Assembly (NCBI GenBank): GCA_964016885.1
Contig: OZ024742.1
Coordinates: 205,034,001 to 205,098,000 of the forward strand
Direction of reading: 5' to 3'
Length of the DNA: 64,000 bases
From: Eledone cirrhosa
Lineage: Eukaryota
Part shown: piece after piece, positions 25,287 to 38,091 of the stretch
How the letters are laid out: each line of letters opens with the position of its first letter
Position numbering within the stretch: the stretch's first letter is position 1
Program-made: the position numbers and the translations under genes
Notes under the pieces: model-generated
The model's input: the letters and a program-made list of their open reading frames with translations, nothing else
What the model was told of the DNA's origin: nothing
The model's database searches: none

Positions 25287-25721
25287 TTGTAGGCATCATT
25301 GATGACTATAACGGCATTTTCTTTTAGTTTCAAAGATTTTACTGCTTTAATTGATTTTCAAATAATAATAATAATTTCTGATTTAAGCACAAGGCCAATC
25401 ATTTGGGGGGAAGGGAAAGTCGATTAAATCTATCGCATTCAAATTCATCCTGCCGCACCAAGCCATTTTTGCCCACAGCATTTAACAGCTGAAGCAGAAA
25501 CTGCCAAGCTTAACAGTCTCCACTCCATTTCAAATTCCTCGGTTTGTTCAGAGAGTTTTATGAATTTGAATGCGATAGATTTAATCGACTTTCGCTTCCA
25601 CCCAAATGATTGGCCTTGTGCTTAAATCAGAAATTATTATTATTATTTGAAAATCAATTAAAGCAGTAAAATCTTTGAAACTAATAGAAAATACCGTTAT
25701 AGTCATCAATGATGCCTACAA
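25287..25721. repeat. Inverted repeat (162-bp arms, 111-bp spacer)
   Basis: 25287-25448 versus 25560-25721 with a few mismatches; arms include a SINE tail fragment. Confidence 0.9.
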
Positions 25722-26468
25722 GTTGATGAGAAAATGTCTAATTTTGATAAAAGGAAAGATTATAATTTATTTGAAGCTGACGAATTAAAGTTAATGTTAA
25801 AGAATAAAGTTAGTGTTGAAGATAAAGGGTGTTTGTATAACACTGTTTTGTGATTCCTTGCATTACCATATTTCTAATGAAAGACACTATGATTTTTAAG
25901 ATAATCAGGAATTATTCTTCAATATCCTTATGTAGAGACAGTATACTCTCATTTAAATAGCTTAAAGGGGAGGTAATCTCTCTCATTCACATAGTCTAAA
26001 AGGGAGATAATCTCTCTCTAATTGAGAATTTAAAAGGAAGGTAATCTCTCTCAGCCAATGCCTTACTTCAAGATATTTATTTATATGTGTTCATAATTGG
26101 CATCATGCTGTTTATTTTGCTTTGAGTGTAATTAAAGTAAACAATTATTGTCTATTATGAAATATGGAGTTTGGTTGTTTAATAGAACATGAAATTTCTT
26201 CTCTCAGTCGTTAAGTGATTAAGTTACTTCCCTTAGACTTTCAAAAATAGAAAGTGGGGAGCAAGCTTTAACAGTTAAACACTGACTGTTCTCTATATCA
26301 CAGCATATGACTATGAGACCCTTTAAAAAACACATAGTTTTAAGTTTGAACTTTTCAATGTCTTCTACAATAAATTCAGAGTTGAATTCAATTTGGGTGA
26401 CAGAAATTCCTTTTGGAAAAGCTGCTTTATATTTGATTCAGTGTCTATAATAGGCTTACAAACACACA

Positions 26469-26549
26469 CACACTTCACCCTCTTTTAAGAAAAAGAAAGT
26501 CAATCGTGATGATTGACTTTTTTTTTCTCTCAGAAGAGGGTGAAGTGTG
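26469..26549. repeat. Short hairpin (~38-bp arms)
   Basis: cacacttcaccctct...aaagtcaatc / gattgacttt...agagggtgaagtgtg. Confidence 0.75.
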
Positions 26550-26931
26550 ATCAGAGAATCATATCTATTCTATTGATGAAGATGTAAGATATATTTTCCA
26601 ACAACATTTTAATTATTCGAGGTCACAGTTCACCCGAAACATTCGTAAGAGATTAAAAACATTTGGTGAAAGAAGATTGAATTTCTATTGATACTTTTGT
26701 ATATGTATGCTCTGCTTGTTCATAAATGTATAACTAAATTTCCACGGTAATATCTATTTCTTCTCCAAACTCCTATATACATGATATATATATTGAGCTA
26801 TTTCTTGCTCTGTGAAGCTGGCAATTACATTCTATAAGTCTATTTCTCTACTCTCTTTTGAGAATTGATAATGTAGTTCTACCTTTGATATATATATATA
26901 TATAAATTCACATATTTATATATATATATAA

Positions 26932-27275
26932 GTATGTGAATTTCGTATATCTGATGATATACGATATGTTTAATAAATACACATTTGGAAAGCCCTCCAG
27001 CTATGAATATTGAAAAGCTGACGACTAGTGCTGTCTAGTGGATTCCAACAGAAGCCATGGGGGACAATTGTTAATGTACATTTCAGGCTCTGGAAGCACT
27101 GTCCTGATGATAACCAGATCCTGAAATGTACATAGACAGTTGTCCCTCACTGCTTCTGCTGGAATCCGCTAGACAGCGCTGGCAGTCAGCCTTTCAATAT
27201 TCATAGCTGGAGGGTTTTCTAAATGTTTATTTATTAAACATACTGTATATAATTAGATATACAAAATTCACATAC
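26932..27275. repeat. Diverged fold-back inverted repeat (~160-bp arms) with central hammerhead core
   Basis: 26932-27093 versus 27114-27275; many transition mismatches. Confidence 0.85.
27098..27140 (+). ncRNA. Type I hammerhead motif with disrupted stem II
   Basis: ACUGUC-CUGAUGA-uaaccagauccu-GAA-AUGUACAU-A-GACAGU; perfect 6-bp stem I and palindromic stem III. Confidence 0.5.
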
Positions 27276-27333
27276 ATGTATGTATACAGCTATGCCGGAG
27301 CTAAAATTTTAATATATATACTTTTCTTTCTAG

Positions 27334-27448
27334 GCATTTGAATTGTTGGAGCCATTCATCCCAGTGCATGTTACAAACTATAATGACAAGGAAATCCATA
27401 GTTGTTTTGATTACTATATAGACCAGTTATTGTTGCAAAGTCCTAAAG
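27334..27448 (+). CDS. DAP3: DAP3 penultimate coding exon
   Basis: tttctag|GCA...AAA G|gtgaat; AFELLEPFIPVHVTNYNDKEIHSCFDYYIDQLLLQSPK resembles human [38 protein letters not shown]. Confidence 0.96.
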
Positions 27449-28114
27449 GTGAATAAAACTCTGTCCTTATTTCTTATGACACATTTACATTTATGTAATA
27501 TCAAAGTCTCCAAACAGGTAATGGTGTTAACTCATAAAAACATGGCCCTTAAATAATGGAGAAAAAAAAAGAGATTTATGGTAAATTTAGGTCGAGGGGT
27601 CTGTTCGAAAAATATATTGTAGTCTCCATTTCATGCTGCAAAAACTAGCGATGGGCCTACGACCTGTCCTGGGAGGTGTGGGATGGACACATAAAGATTG
27701 CGTATTCCTAGACCCCAAAAAGGGTTTGGAAGGGAGCAAACCTTGACAATTGAAACTGGATCCAGCTTGATCAGTTAGAGATGGTTGTTCTGACAGGACT
27801 CACTGAAAGGAGTATTTGAAGACTCTGCTCCCACGACCCTCTCAGGAATAAGTGTGTGTAAGAATTAAGTGTAAAAACCTTCCACTATTCAACATCATCA
27901 TTCTGTGATGGTTTGAAGAACCATTTTGGCCTGATTTCTACTGCTGAATGTCCTTCCTAAAGCCAACCACTTAAGAAAAATATAAAAGCTTACCTTTATA
28001 CATTTCAGATATTGTGTCCTTCATCAGAGAATAACTTCCCCATATTGTGTTTATCATCAGAGGATAACTACCTCTAAATATATTTTTCATTAGAGGATAA
28101 CTACCCCGTAATGT

Positions 28115-28430
28115 CAGCAGTTATACAGGAGTTAGGGCACAATATCTTGCTCACAGTTGATGGTGGTGTTTTTAGTTACACAGGAGTAGGAGCCCTGTTT
28201 CTTGCTCATAGTTGATGATGCTGTTATTCAGTTATGCATGAGTAGGGGCCCTATTTGTTGCCCACAATTGATGTTACTGTCCATGAGTTATACAGGATTG
28301 GGGGCCATATTTCTTGCCTACAGTTGATGATGTCGTCATTCAGCTATACAGGATTAGGAGTCATATTTCTTGCCTACAGTTGGTGCTGTTGTCTTTCAGT
28401 TATACAGGAGTAGGGGCGCCACTTATTTTA
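28115..28430. repeat. ~57-bp degenerate tandem repeat
   Basis: cagttatacaggagtaggggcc...ttcttgcccacagttgatg recurs 5-6 times. Confidence 0.75.
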
Positions 28431-28940
28431 CAGCTGATCCCTATATCTAAGGATCCCTCTGTTATCTGTTACATGTCAGCTGATCCCTATATCTAAGGAT
28501 CACCCCATTATCTGTTACATGTCAGCTGATCCCTCTATCTAAGGGTCATTCTGTTATCTTACATGTCAGCTAATCCCTATATCTAAGTATCACTCCATTA
28601 ATACATATCAAAGAGTCACTCAATTATATGTCAGCTGATCCCTATATCTAAGAGTCACCCATTATCTGTTATATGTCAGCTGATCTCTATATCTAAGGGT
28701 CATTCTGTTATCTTACATGTCAGCTGATCCCTATATCTAAGGATCACACTGTTATCTTACATGTCAGCTGATCTCTATATCTAAGGGTCATTCTGTTATC
28801 TTACATGTTGGCTGATCCCTATATCTAAGGATCACTATTATTACATGTCAGCTAATCCCTATATCAAAGGGCCACTCAATTATTATATGTCAGCTGATCC
28901 CTATATCTAAGGATCACGCTGTTATCTTACATGTCAGCTT
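28431..28940. repeat. ~43-bp minisatellite (~12 copies)
   Basis: Units of catgtcagctgatccctatatctaagg(a/g)tca...gttatctta. Confidence 0.9.
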
Positions 28941-29011
28941 TACCCTGAATCACTGTTAATATGTTTGCTACATTATCCCTCTTATTTCTGAACTTTGTTT
29001 TATATTTTCAG

Positions 29012-29097
29012 CCAGGACAGAAGAAGGTAGAAAAGAACTAATTTTCTTAAGCAACCACAATCCAATGCAAATATATAAACTTTGTGCATCATGTTGA
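29012..29097 (+). CDS. DAP3: DAP3 last coding exon with stop
   Basis: ttttcag|CC AGG...TGT TGA; (A)RTEEGRKELIFLSNHNPMQIYKLCASC* resembles human [28 protein letters not shown]. Confidence 0.96.
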
Positions 29098-29129
29098 TGT
29101 TCTCTTCTATTTAGTGATTGTATATAGGG

Positions 29130-29135
29130 AATAAA
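29130..29135 (+). terminator. Candidate DAP3 polyadenylation signal
   Basis: AATAAA 32 nt after the stop, followed by a GT/T-rich tract (tttgttgttcttgttg). Confidence 0.55.
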
Positions 29136-29899
29136 ATATTTGCTAGTTTGTTGTTCTTGTTGCTTTTGTTTATTACTGTGAATTTGTTTGACAGAAACCG
29201 TATGGAAGCTTGTCATTTGTATATATGTGTGAATTTGTGTACATGTCTTCAAATCCCAAAACACAGTTACATCAGTGAATCTTTATACCATAATGAAAAG
29301 TATGATCTGGCTGTAGATGAAGGGCAAAACATAACTGTTTGCTGTACAAAGACTGTACTACAGTTGTTTTGTAATTACTGATACTATTAGAGGGAAACAT
29401 GCATTTTACCAGATATTGCTGGAGAGCTAAACAAGAAGTCATTAATAATATACTCTTATCAACACTACCACATGGATATAGACAGGTCAGTCATCTAGCA
29501 AGATGTTGCCTTCCTGTACTAACACAAGATGTTGCCCTGCTAATCTTCTAAACCTATATAAACCAGCTATGTACAGACACAAGATGTGGCCACCCTGATC
29601 TTCCAAACAATATACAGCCAGATCAGTTGGAGACGGTTGCTTCTGACATGACCCACTGGAAAGAGAGTTTGAGGACTGCCCCCACGACCATCCCAGTAAT
29701 AAGTGAGTGAAGAAGAAGATGGATGGTGTGAAGTAGTCACACGAATGTAAGCAAACTAAACCAGATGATGATAAGGATTATTATTATATAGTTAAAGCGG
29801 GATGGGTAAGGACTATGACCCTTTTCAGGGCAGTGGGCAGTGATTGAGGAAGATATCTTTGAAGCAGAAACTTTGTCTAAATGCTTGCAATAGATTGGA

Positions 29900-30215
29900 C
29901 TTGGTTAAAATCACCCAAGGGCCAATGGGTGGTGTTAAAAAGGTTGGCAGATTAAGTCTATCACCCAAAGACCAGGTGTGGTGTGAAATTGGGTAACAGA
30001 TTAAGTCTACCACCCAAGGACCAGATGGTGGTGATAAACAGGTTGGCAGATTAAGTCTACCACCCAAAGACCAGGTGGTGGTGATAAACAGGTTGGCAGA
30101 TTAAGTCTACCACCCAAGGGTTAGGTGGTTGTATTAAGAAGGCTGACAGATTAAGTCTACCATACAAGGTTCAGGTGTTGATATTAAACAGGACAACAAC
30201 TTAAGCCTGTGGCCC
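29900..30215. repeat. ~49-bp minisatellite
   Basis: caggttggcagattaagtctaccacccaaagaccaggtggtggtgataaa repeated 5-6 times. Confidence 0.85.
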
Positions 30216-30732
30216 AAGTAGACCACTGTGGGATTTGAACTCAATACATAAAGAAGCAGAACAAATACTGCAAGATATTCTTATTTTATTGTTGTTGATA
30301 GGATAAAAAGCAAAGTTGACATCAACAAGATTTGAACTCAGTGTAGAAGGCTGGAGCAATTACTGCAAAGCATTTTCTCCTATGCTCTAATAAACCTGTA
30401 CACACATTCACAAGATGATCTTCTGCAGTTTCCATCTATCAAATTCCACTCACAAGGCCATGATAAAAGATCCCTAATGCTACACAGAAGGAGTGAACTT
30501 AAACCTCATAGTTACAAGGTGAACTCCTTAACCACACAAGCCATTCCTGACCTATATAGTGAAGTGAACTCCTTAACTACACAGCCATGCTTGCAGGGTT
30601 GGATTTAGACCATGGTGCAAGTAATTGGAATTGAAAAGTTATACATACAGGTATTACATTCAAAAATTCTAACCATCCTAAAACTAAAAAGGCCAGCTGG
30701 GGGCAGAAATAAATTGCTTATTTCATTACTAA

Positions 30733-31131
30733 TGTGGGTATGGTGTGCGGTGGCCGGAAGCTGGGGAGTGCTCGACCGGAAGGGCCAGCAGGTTGGCCTC
30801 TCTCTAGCGGTGATCAAACGTGGTGGACACGAGTTTGGCAGCTCCCGTGTTAATGAGTTGGATCGTACGCACGTGGAAGAGGAGAAACCAGCCATGGGAT
30901 TTAGCGGCGCCTATGAAAAGCGGTAAGTGAGATAGCTTTTTCTAACCACAAGCTATTTCGGCACTGGAAACTGAGATCTGATAAAAAAAATAAAAAATAA
31001 CTTTCTCGAAAACAAAGCTACTGGAAAAACAGAGAGGAGTCTGTTGTTTTTTATTTATTACGTACCGCAAGACAAATTAGTATGGCGATGAGACTACGAA
31101 CGAGCGAAGTGATTAGGGCATTTACCGGTGA
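30733..31131 (+). mobile_element. Truncated LTR retrotransposon (LTR, leader and gag start), related to 46595-50625
   Basis: LTR TGTGGG...AACCACA at 30733-30950, then AGCTATTTCGGC; gag start MAMRLRTSEVIRAFTGE versus MATRLRMNEAIRPFTGE. Confidence 0.85.
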
Positions 31132-33159
31132 ATATATGTGTGTGTATTTTTCAAATTTAGACATTTACCATGTACTCTCTTGGGTTTCGAATAATCAGCC
31201 GACCATGATCATCATCATCACCATCATTACTGTGCTGGCATGGGTTAGACGAGTTGTCCTGTTGTGGACAATGCCAGGTCAGGTGACCATGTCATGCTTA
31301 TACAGAACCGATTTTGGCTAGGTGTCTACAGCTGGATGCCCTTCCTAGCACCAACCTCATTTACAGTGAGTACTGGGTGCTTTTTGTTGACACCTTCACA
31401 ACTACTATACAGTGTGAACTGGGTGCTTTTTGTTGTGACACCTACACAACTATACAGTGTGGACTGGCTGCTTTTTGCCATGACACCTTTTTAAATCAAT
31501 GGAGACAACTTAGTATAATTACAGATTTTCCACCCACTGTTTATTCCCCCCATCATTATTTGGGACCTGAGAGTAGTTTGATTCAGTTGTTTCCAGTGTT
31601 GGATTTTCTCCCTACTTTAAATCTATTATATTTAGATATTTGTAATAGTGACTATTGTGACTTTGCCAACTCACCATCTGTGCTATTATAATTACGTACA
31701 AGCAATAATATGTTTAGTTATGGTTTTATTATGTCAACTATATTTTATAAACAGAAGTTATACAATGATGGAAATATTAAAAAAAAGATAAAGACAAAAT
31801 TAAGTAATGAAAAAACAAAGGGGAAAGGGTAAAGAAGGGCAGATTTGGCTGTAGAGGAAAGGACTATAAATGTGAAGAAAAGGAGGGAAAGAGCAAGGAA
31901 GGGTGAGTGTGACAGACTCTGTGCCTAGGTCAGGGTGGTGTTTCAGCTGCATGCTAGGGTCAAAACTGCAAAGGGATTTCCGCACACAATGACCAGCGAC
32001 ACCTGCTGCAACAGCCTAATTATATCCAACATATGTTAATTATAGATCTGTGGGCACATGCATGACTGTGAGGTTAACAAGTTTACTTTACAATCATGAG
32101 GTCTCAGGTTTGATACCAGTGTGTACTATGTTGGACAAGTTTCTTTATCATTCTGCCATGCTGATTCTGTATGAGAGTGACATTAAGGGTACAGATGTCT
32201 GTGGAATACTCAGCCACTTACACATTAATTTAATGAGTATTGTGTTTAGTTGACTAAATATCTGAAATGTTAGGCCATGGGTCGCTCATCATTGAAACTA
32301 GTGAAGACCCATCAGAGCCTCTGCTCTCTTTTCAAGATAAACTGAACGGAATTCATCATTATCATCGTTTTAACGTCCATTTTTCCCCGCTAGTATGGGT
32401 TAGATGAATTGTCCGGTGATGAGATAGGCCATGCCAGATGACCATGTCTTGCTCATACAGAACTGATTTTGGCTTGATTTCTATGGCTAATACCAACCAC
32501 ATTTACTATGTGTACTCGGTCCTTTTTGTTGTGACACCTACATGGCCGAAATCTAAAATATATAAGTGAATGGCAGGTTTCACTGCTTGTCACTCAGTTG
32601 GACAATCTGGAAATATTCATCAAAATATTACACTATCGGCAAGTAAAAAAATAAAAACAAGTTTTTTACCAAATTAAAAATCACACACACACACAAAAAC
32701 AGACAGACACACATACACACATTTATATATCATCATCATTTAAGGTCAGCTTTCCATACTGTTATAAGAAGCAAAGGAACCTATCTTTGTGTCCGAACTG
32801 AATCTCCCTGCGTGAGGCTCACCTGTTTCACTTCTGGCTAGAGAACTTAACAAAACTCACACCAGTCTTTACAGGACATCCACACTCTGCTGCATCACAT
32901 GGACCAAGAGAGAGAGACCCAGCCCGTACTCCAGTGTGATGTCACTGGCCCCTCACTTCCAGCAAGATCTCCCCTGCATGTCCAGCTCCCTAGCCCCACA
33001 CATACTATCAAGGGGTGAACAGGACTTGACAGAGTGAGCCAGTACTGAAGCGAGCCTACTGACATCCCAGACAAGTCAGGAGTTTGCATCTTGATTACAT
33101 ATGGTCTGATGCCCTACTGAGTACTTTTTATCGTGTACCAAGACCAGGGTGATTGTCAT

Positions 33160-33507
33160 TGTAGCGGAGCTACTTGCATGGCGTGTATCAATAATCTATC
33201 CATGCGTGATTTGGTTAAAGTTAGACCAATCGTAAGTCGCGCATGGATATTTATCAACTTCCGCCCAGCTCAAAGATTTTCCCACTTCTTTTGTTTATGC
33301 TAACCACTTGCTGCCTTTGACTCCGAGAAGTCAACACTTGCCATCATGTAACGGTGAAATTTCACATCGGCCAGGCACAGTGCTTTTCTTTGTTCATAAT
33401 ATTTGATTTGTTTGTTACTTTTTATTTTGGCATGCCAGCTCTATTTTGTAATTGGTTGTAAATAAAATTTGTAAAATATTATAAGGTCTTGTAATATTTT
33501 TACCACA
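33160..33507 (+). mobile_element. Solo LTR
   Basis: TGTAG...ACCACA; flanks GTCAT/GCCAT (5-bp TSD with one mismatch); shares gcgtgatttgg...ccaatc and aaataaa motifs with the LTR at 53488. Confidence 0.65.
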
Positions 33508-36500
33508 GCCATCGCCTATGGATGTGATATGGGAAGAAGCCTTTTCCCAAGGTTCTTATCACTACAACAACAGCTTTATACTTCTTTCATGGCTACAAAA
33601 CTTACAACCGAATTTCAACTTCTAACTTTCATCTTTTATACGAACAACATACACTTACCAACTAATATTTTACCTTCTCTGCTAACATTTAACATTACAA
33701 AAACATTTTGACCGCTACAACAATTAACCTTTATGGCTAACATGGCCTATCACATAATATGCCGTTACATTTCTTGCTATAACAATTAGCTAAACAACTC
33801 CTCGTGTACTATCATCTATGACAGGGGTCGGCAACCTTTTGGAGAGAGAGGGCCAAACAGCTATGCAGTGCCATGTTATTAAATATGTAAATAAATTTTC
33901 TGGAGGCAAAACAAGGAATTTAATATAATTTTATTTTAACAAGGCCCCTTATTTTACTCAGTGCATTACTGGTACTTTATTTTATCGACCCTGTAAGGAT
34001 GAAAGGCAAAGTTAACCTCGAGCATATGTACTACCAAATAATGATATCATCAGTTTCGCATCAGTCAAGATGTTTTTATATTTTCCTTTTGGCAGTATAT
34101 ATTTCTTGTAGAAGTCAGCAGTGGATTCGAACTGAAAATTTCGATTTCAAAGATTCGTCGCACTGTAAGTCAATTAACTCCAACTGATATTCTTCTGCCA
34201 CTTGCTCCACATCTGTTTCGTCAGGAGTACCAAATAACTTAAATAGAGTTCCATATTGCCGGAAGTCAGCAAAACGAGAGGAAAACTCGCTTCTCAAATC
34301 CTTAATTAGAACTCACAAAGATGTCTGGTATTAAATGTCTCTTGTAATTTTGGAGACTTGGGAAATGAGAGTAGTTTTCTTTTTGAAGTTGTGATTCCCA
34401 CAGTCGAAGTTTTCTCTCAAAAGCAGTAATTTGACCAAACATCTCAAATACAACATTGTTCTTTCCTTGAAGCTCAAGATTCAAAGTGTTCATGTGGGTC
34501 ATGATGTCCACTAAAAAAGCTAACTTGACAACCCACTCCTGAAAGTAAGAATTATCTTGGTCTTTGCTCTCTAAAAACATAGAAATCTCTTCTCTCAATG
34601 CATATACTCATTCTATCATTTTTCCGTGGCTAAGCCATTGAACATTTGAAAAATATGTAAGGTCGCCATACTCTGCTTCGATTGTTTTTTTAAATTCTTG
34701 AAACTGGCAGTGATTTAGTCCTCTTGACAGTATAAAATTCACTGTTTTCACGACCACTGCCATGATGTCCTTAAAATTCAGTGACTTTGCACATAATGCT
34801 TCTTGGTGAATAATGCAATGAAGTTTGATTAGTTTTTTATCAATACCGATGTGGTTTTGGAGCAATGCAACAAACCCCTTTCTCTCTCCAACCATTGCTC
34901 CAGAAAGCTTTGATAAATCCAGATTCATTTCAGTAATCCATTTTATTATGCTTTCCAAAATATCTGCTCCAGTGCTAGTGTCCTTCATAGGAATCAATTG
35001 TACAAATTCTTCCACAATATCAAATGTTGGTGTTACACCCCTCACAAACACTGCTAGTTGACAAGTATCCTTCATATCTGGTTTCATCGATAGCAATGGA
35101 ATAATACTCCAGATTATTTAAAATGCCCTCCAAGCCACTTCTGACATTTGCTGCCAGCTCTTCAATTCGCCTTGTTACTGTTCTTGCCGATAAGTTGATC
35201 GCAGAAAATAATTCCCTTTTTTCTGGACAAACAACATCTGCTACCTTCAACAATAATTCTTTGAAGAAATCTCCATCAGTAAAAGGTTTCATCCTTTCTG
35301 CAACCCCCCATCAGTACAAGCTGAAGCATATAGACAATATGCCCCCACACCCTCTCACTGCAAGGTGGTCGTGGAGGTGCCATGGCAAAAAAGCACCCAG
35401 CCCACACTGTAAAGTGGACGTGTAAATGAGGTTGGTGTTAGGAAGGACATCCAGCTGTAGAAATCAAGCCAAAATCAGTTCCTGTATGAGCAAGGCATGG
35501 TCAGCCGACCAGACACTGTCCACAACAGGACAACCTGTCTAACCCATGCTAGCATGGAAGAACGAACGTAAAACGGTGATGATGATGATGGTGATGATGA
35601 CCTCGTAGCTAGCACAAGTGTTTCGATCACTTTCTTCAACTTTTCTAGTGAAAAAGGATGATTGCTTTGTTACATTATTTCTCAGCTATGCAACTTCGTT
35701 TACTTGTGCTTTTCCAGTAAAACTGCTGTAATGATTATGACGAGTTTCATACTGCCGTTTAATATTTGAAACTTTCTTCACGGCAATGGTTTCTTGACAT
35801 CATCATCATCGTTAAACGTCCATCTTCCACGCTTGCATGGGTTTGGATGGGAATTTTCCCACCTGAGGCAAGATTGGTTGTCTTGCTCGTAGAGGACTGT
35901 CTGGCGGGTTTTCTACGGCTGGATGCCCTTCCTAACAACAACCACGTTTACAGTGTGGACTGGTGGTTTTTACCGTGTTACCTACACGGCCGCATTACAG
36001 CGTGGACTGTGTTTTTTTGTCGTGAAACCTCATTTATTTCGGACTGGATGTTGTGATATCAACATAACTTTACATCAAAAGATGGGGGGGGGGGTATTTT
36101 TGTTAAGAGGTGCCTACTGACTGTAGGTTTCGCTTTGTACTTAGGCAAGGCGGGTCTTCTGTATTACTGTGTAGTACCAAAGATCTCGGTCTAGTGACAT
36201 TGTCTTGGAGAGGTGTAAGTGTGTGAGGTCGGAATTTATCAAGTCGTCCCAGGTTTTTCTGGGTCTGCCTACTCCGTGGCTACCGTCTATGTTTATCGCG
36301 CTGCACTTTTTTTATACAGCTGTCATCTTTCATGCGCATCACGTGACCATACCAACGTAGTCTTCTCTCGAGTAAACAACATCTGATCCCTCTTATTCCT
36401 AATTTCTCCCTTAGTTTATTTATGCTTTGCCGTTCACGTATATTACTATTTCACATCCAACGGAGCATGCAAGCTTCGTTCCTCTCTAGTCTGCGTATAT

Positions 36501-38091
36501 CCTCTGCACACAATGCCCAAGTCTCACTGCCGTGTAACATTGCTGTTCGTATGCAGGCATCATACAGCCTGCCTTTCATTTTTAGAAAGAACCCTGAACT
36601 TTTTCATTTTTAGAGAGAACCCTGAACTTTTTCCATCCCGTTCTGACTCTAGCTACTGTACATTCAGAGCACCCTCCACCACTGCTGATTTTGTCACCCA
36701 GGTAACGGAAGGTGTCCACTATTTCTATAGAACCATCTGTGCAATGGAATGAGCTAGTATTCTGTGGGCACTTGCTGCACCTGAGCACCGGCCACATATA
36801 AAATCTATATTCTTAGTTAGCATACCTATGATCCCACTACATCTTTTATGCACCCATACTTTGCATTTGGGACATAAAATGGAGTTTCTGCCTACTCCTT
36901 TCCTACACACTGAGCATGGCCATTTCCCAGATGGGACCAGTGCCCTATTTTCCTTCCTACAAACTAAAACTTTAGTCTTAGACAGGTTAATTTTAAGGCC
37001 TTTTGATTCAAGGCCATGCTTCCATGTTTGGAATTTCTTCTCTAGTTCAGCCATTGATTCAGCTATGAGCTATGATCATCTGCGTATAGGAGGTCCCATG
37101 GGCAGCCGGTCATGAACTCCTCTGTTATAGCCTGAAGGGCAATAATAAATAGTAGGGGGCTAAGAACGAAACCCTGATGAACACCAACTTTTACGCTAAA
37201 ATCTTCACTATATTCGTTGTTAATTCTAACCTTGCTAACTGTTTCTTTATACATGGCTTGTATAGCTCTCACAAGCCATTCATCAACACCTAGTTTTCTA
37301 AGAGCCCACCAGATAATGGAGCAGGGGACTCTGTCAAAGGCTTTCTCCAAGTCAACAAAAGCTAAGTATAGGGGTTTACTTTTAGCTAGGTACTTCTCCT
37401 GTAGTTGTCGTACAATGAAAAGAGCGTCTGTTGTACTTTTACCTTGTAGCAAGAGTTGCCTCCCTTGTCATGACAATCTCATCACCGCTCTCTAGACAGG
37501 AAGTAGCTGGAGTTGCTTCCCTTTGGGGTTGACAGACTCCCTGTTGGTCACTTCCGGTCAGACCCTATAAAAGGAACAGGTCAGGACAATCTTTCTCTCT
37601 CGCCTCCTGAATTCCAAAGTGGTAACACCTGCGACCTTAGCATGAGGTGATTCCTTTCTCATAATCATTCGCCACCAAGAAGAATGCAACATGCAGCCTA
37701 AGAGCCTAAGAAGATGTTAACACCTCCAAGAGAAGATCTTTGTTTTTCTCCACAAACTTCAGCCTGGAGTTGTGATCCACGGGTAATGATTTATTTATAT
37801 TAATCCCTTTGACTTCTATGAAGTAAAAACATTATCACAACACACACCGGCATTTGGAGTCTCTCTTCTCCATCATTAGTGTTTTTGGCGCGAAATAGTC
37901 CGCCATGTTGGATTTTTTTTTTTTTTTACCTTAGTAATAACAGCATTCACTTAATCGCTTCTTTGCATATTGACCCGGATGCATTATTTTTCCGGTCCAG
38001 TGGTTTGACAGGGAAAAATAAGCGATTTTGTTTTCCTTTTCTGTTGCGTTAGAGACATTTTTCCAAACGGTAAATTGCCTACGGTATACCA

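Noticed and set aside
26570-26655. TTGATGAAG...CCCGAAACATTCGTA hammerhead-like spacing
   Set aside because: The core C3 is missing and the stems pair poorly; at most a decayed remnant.
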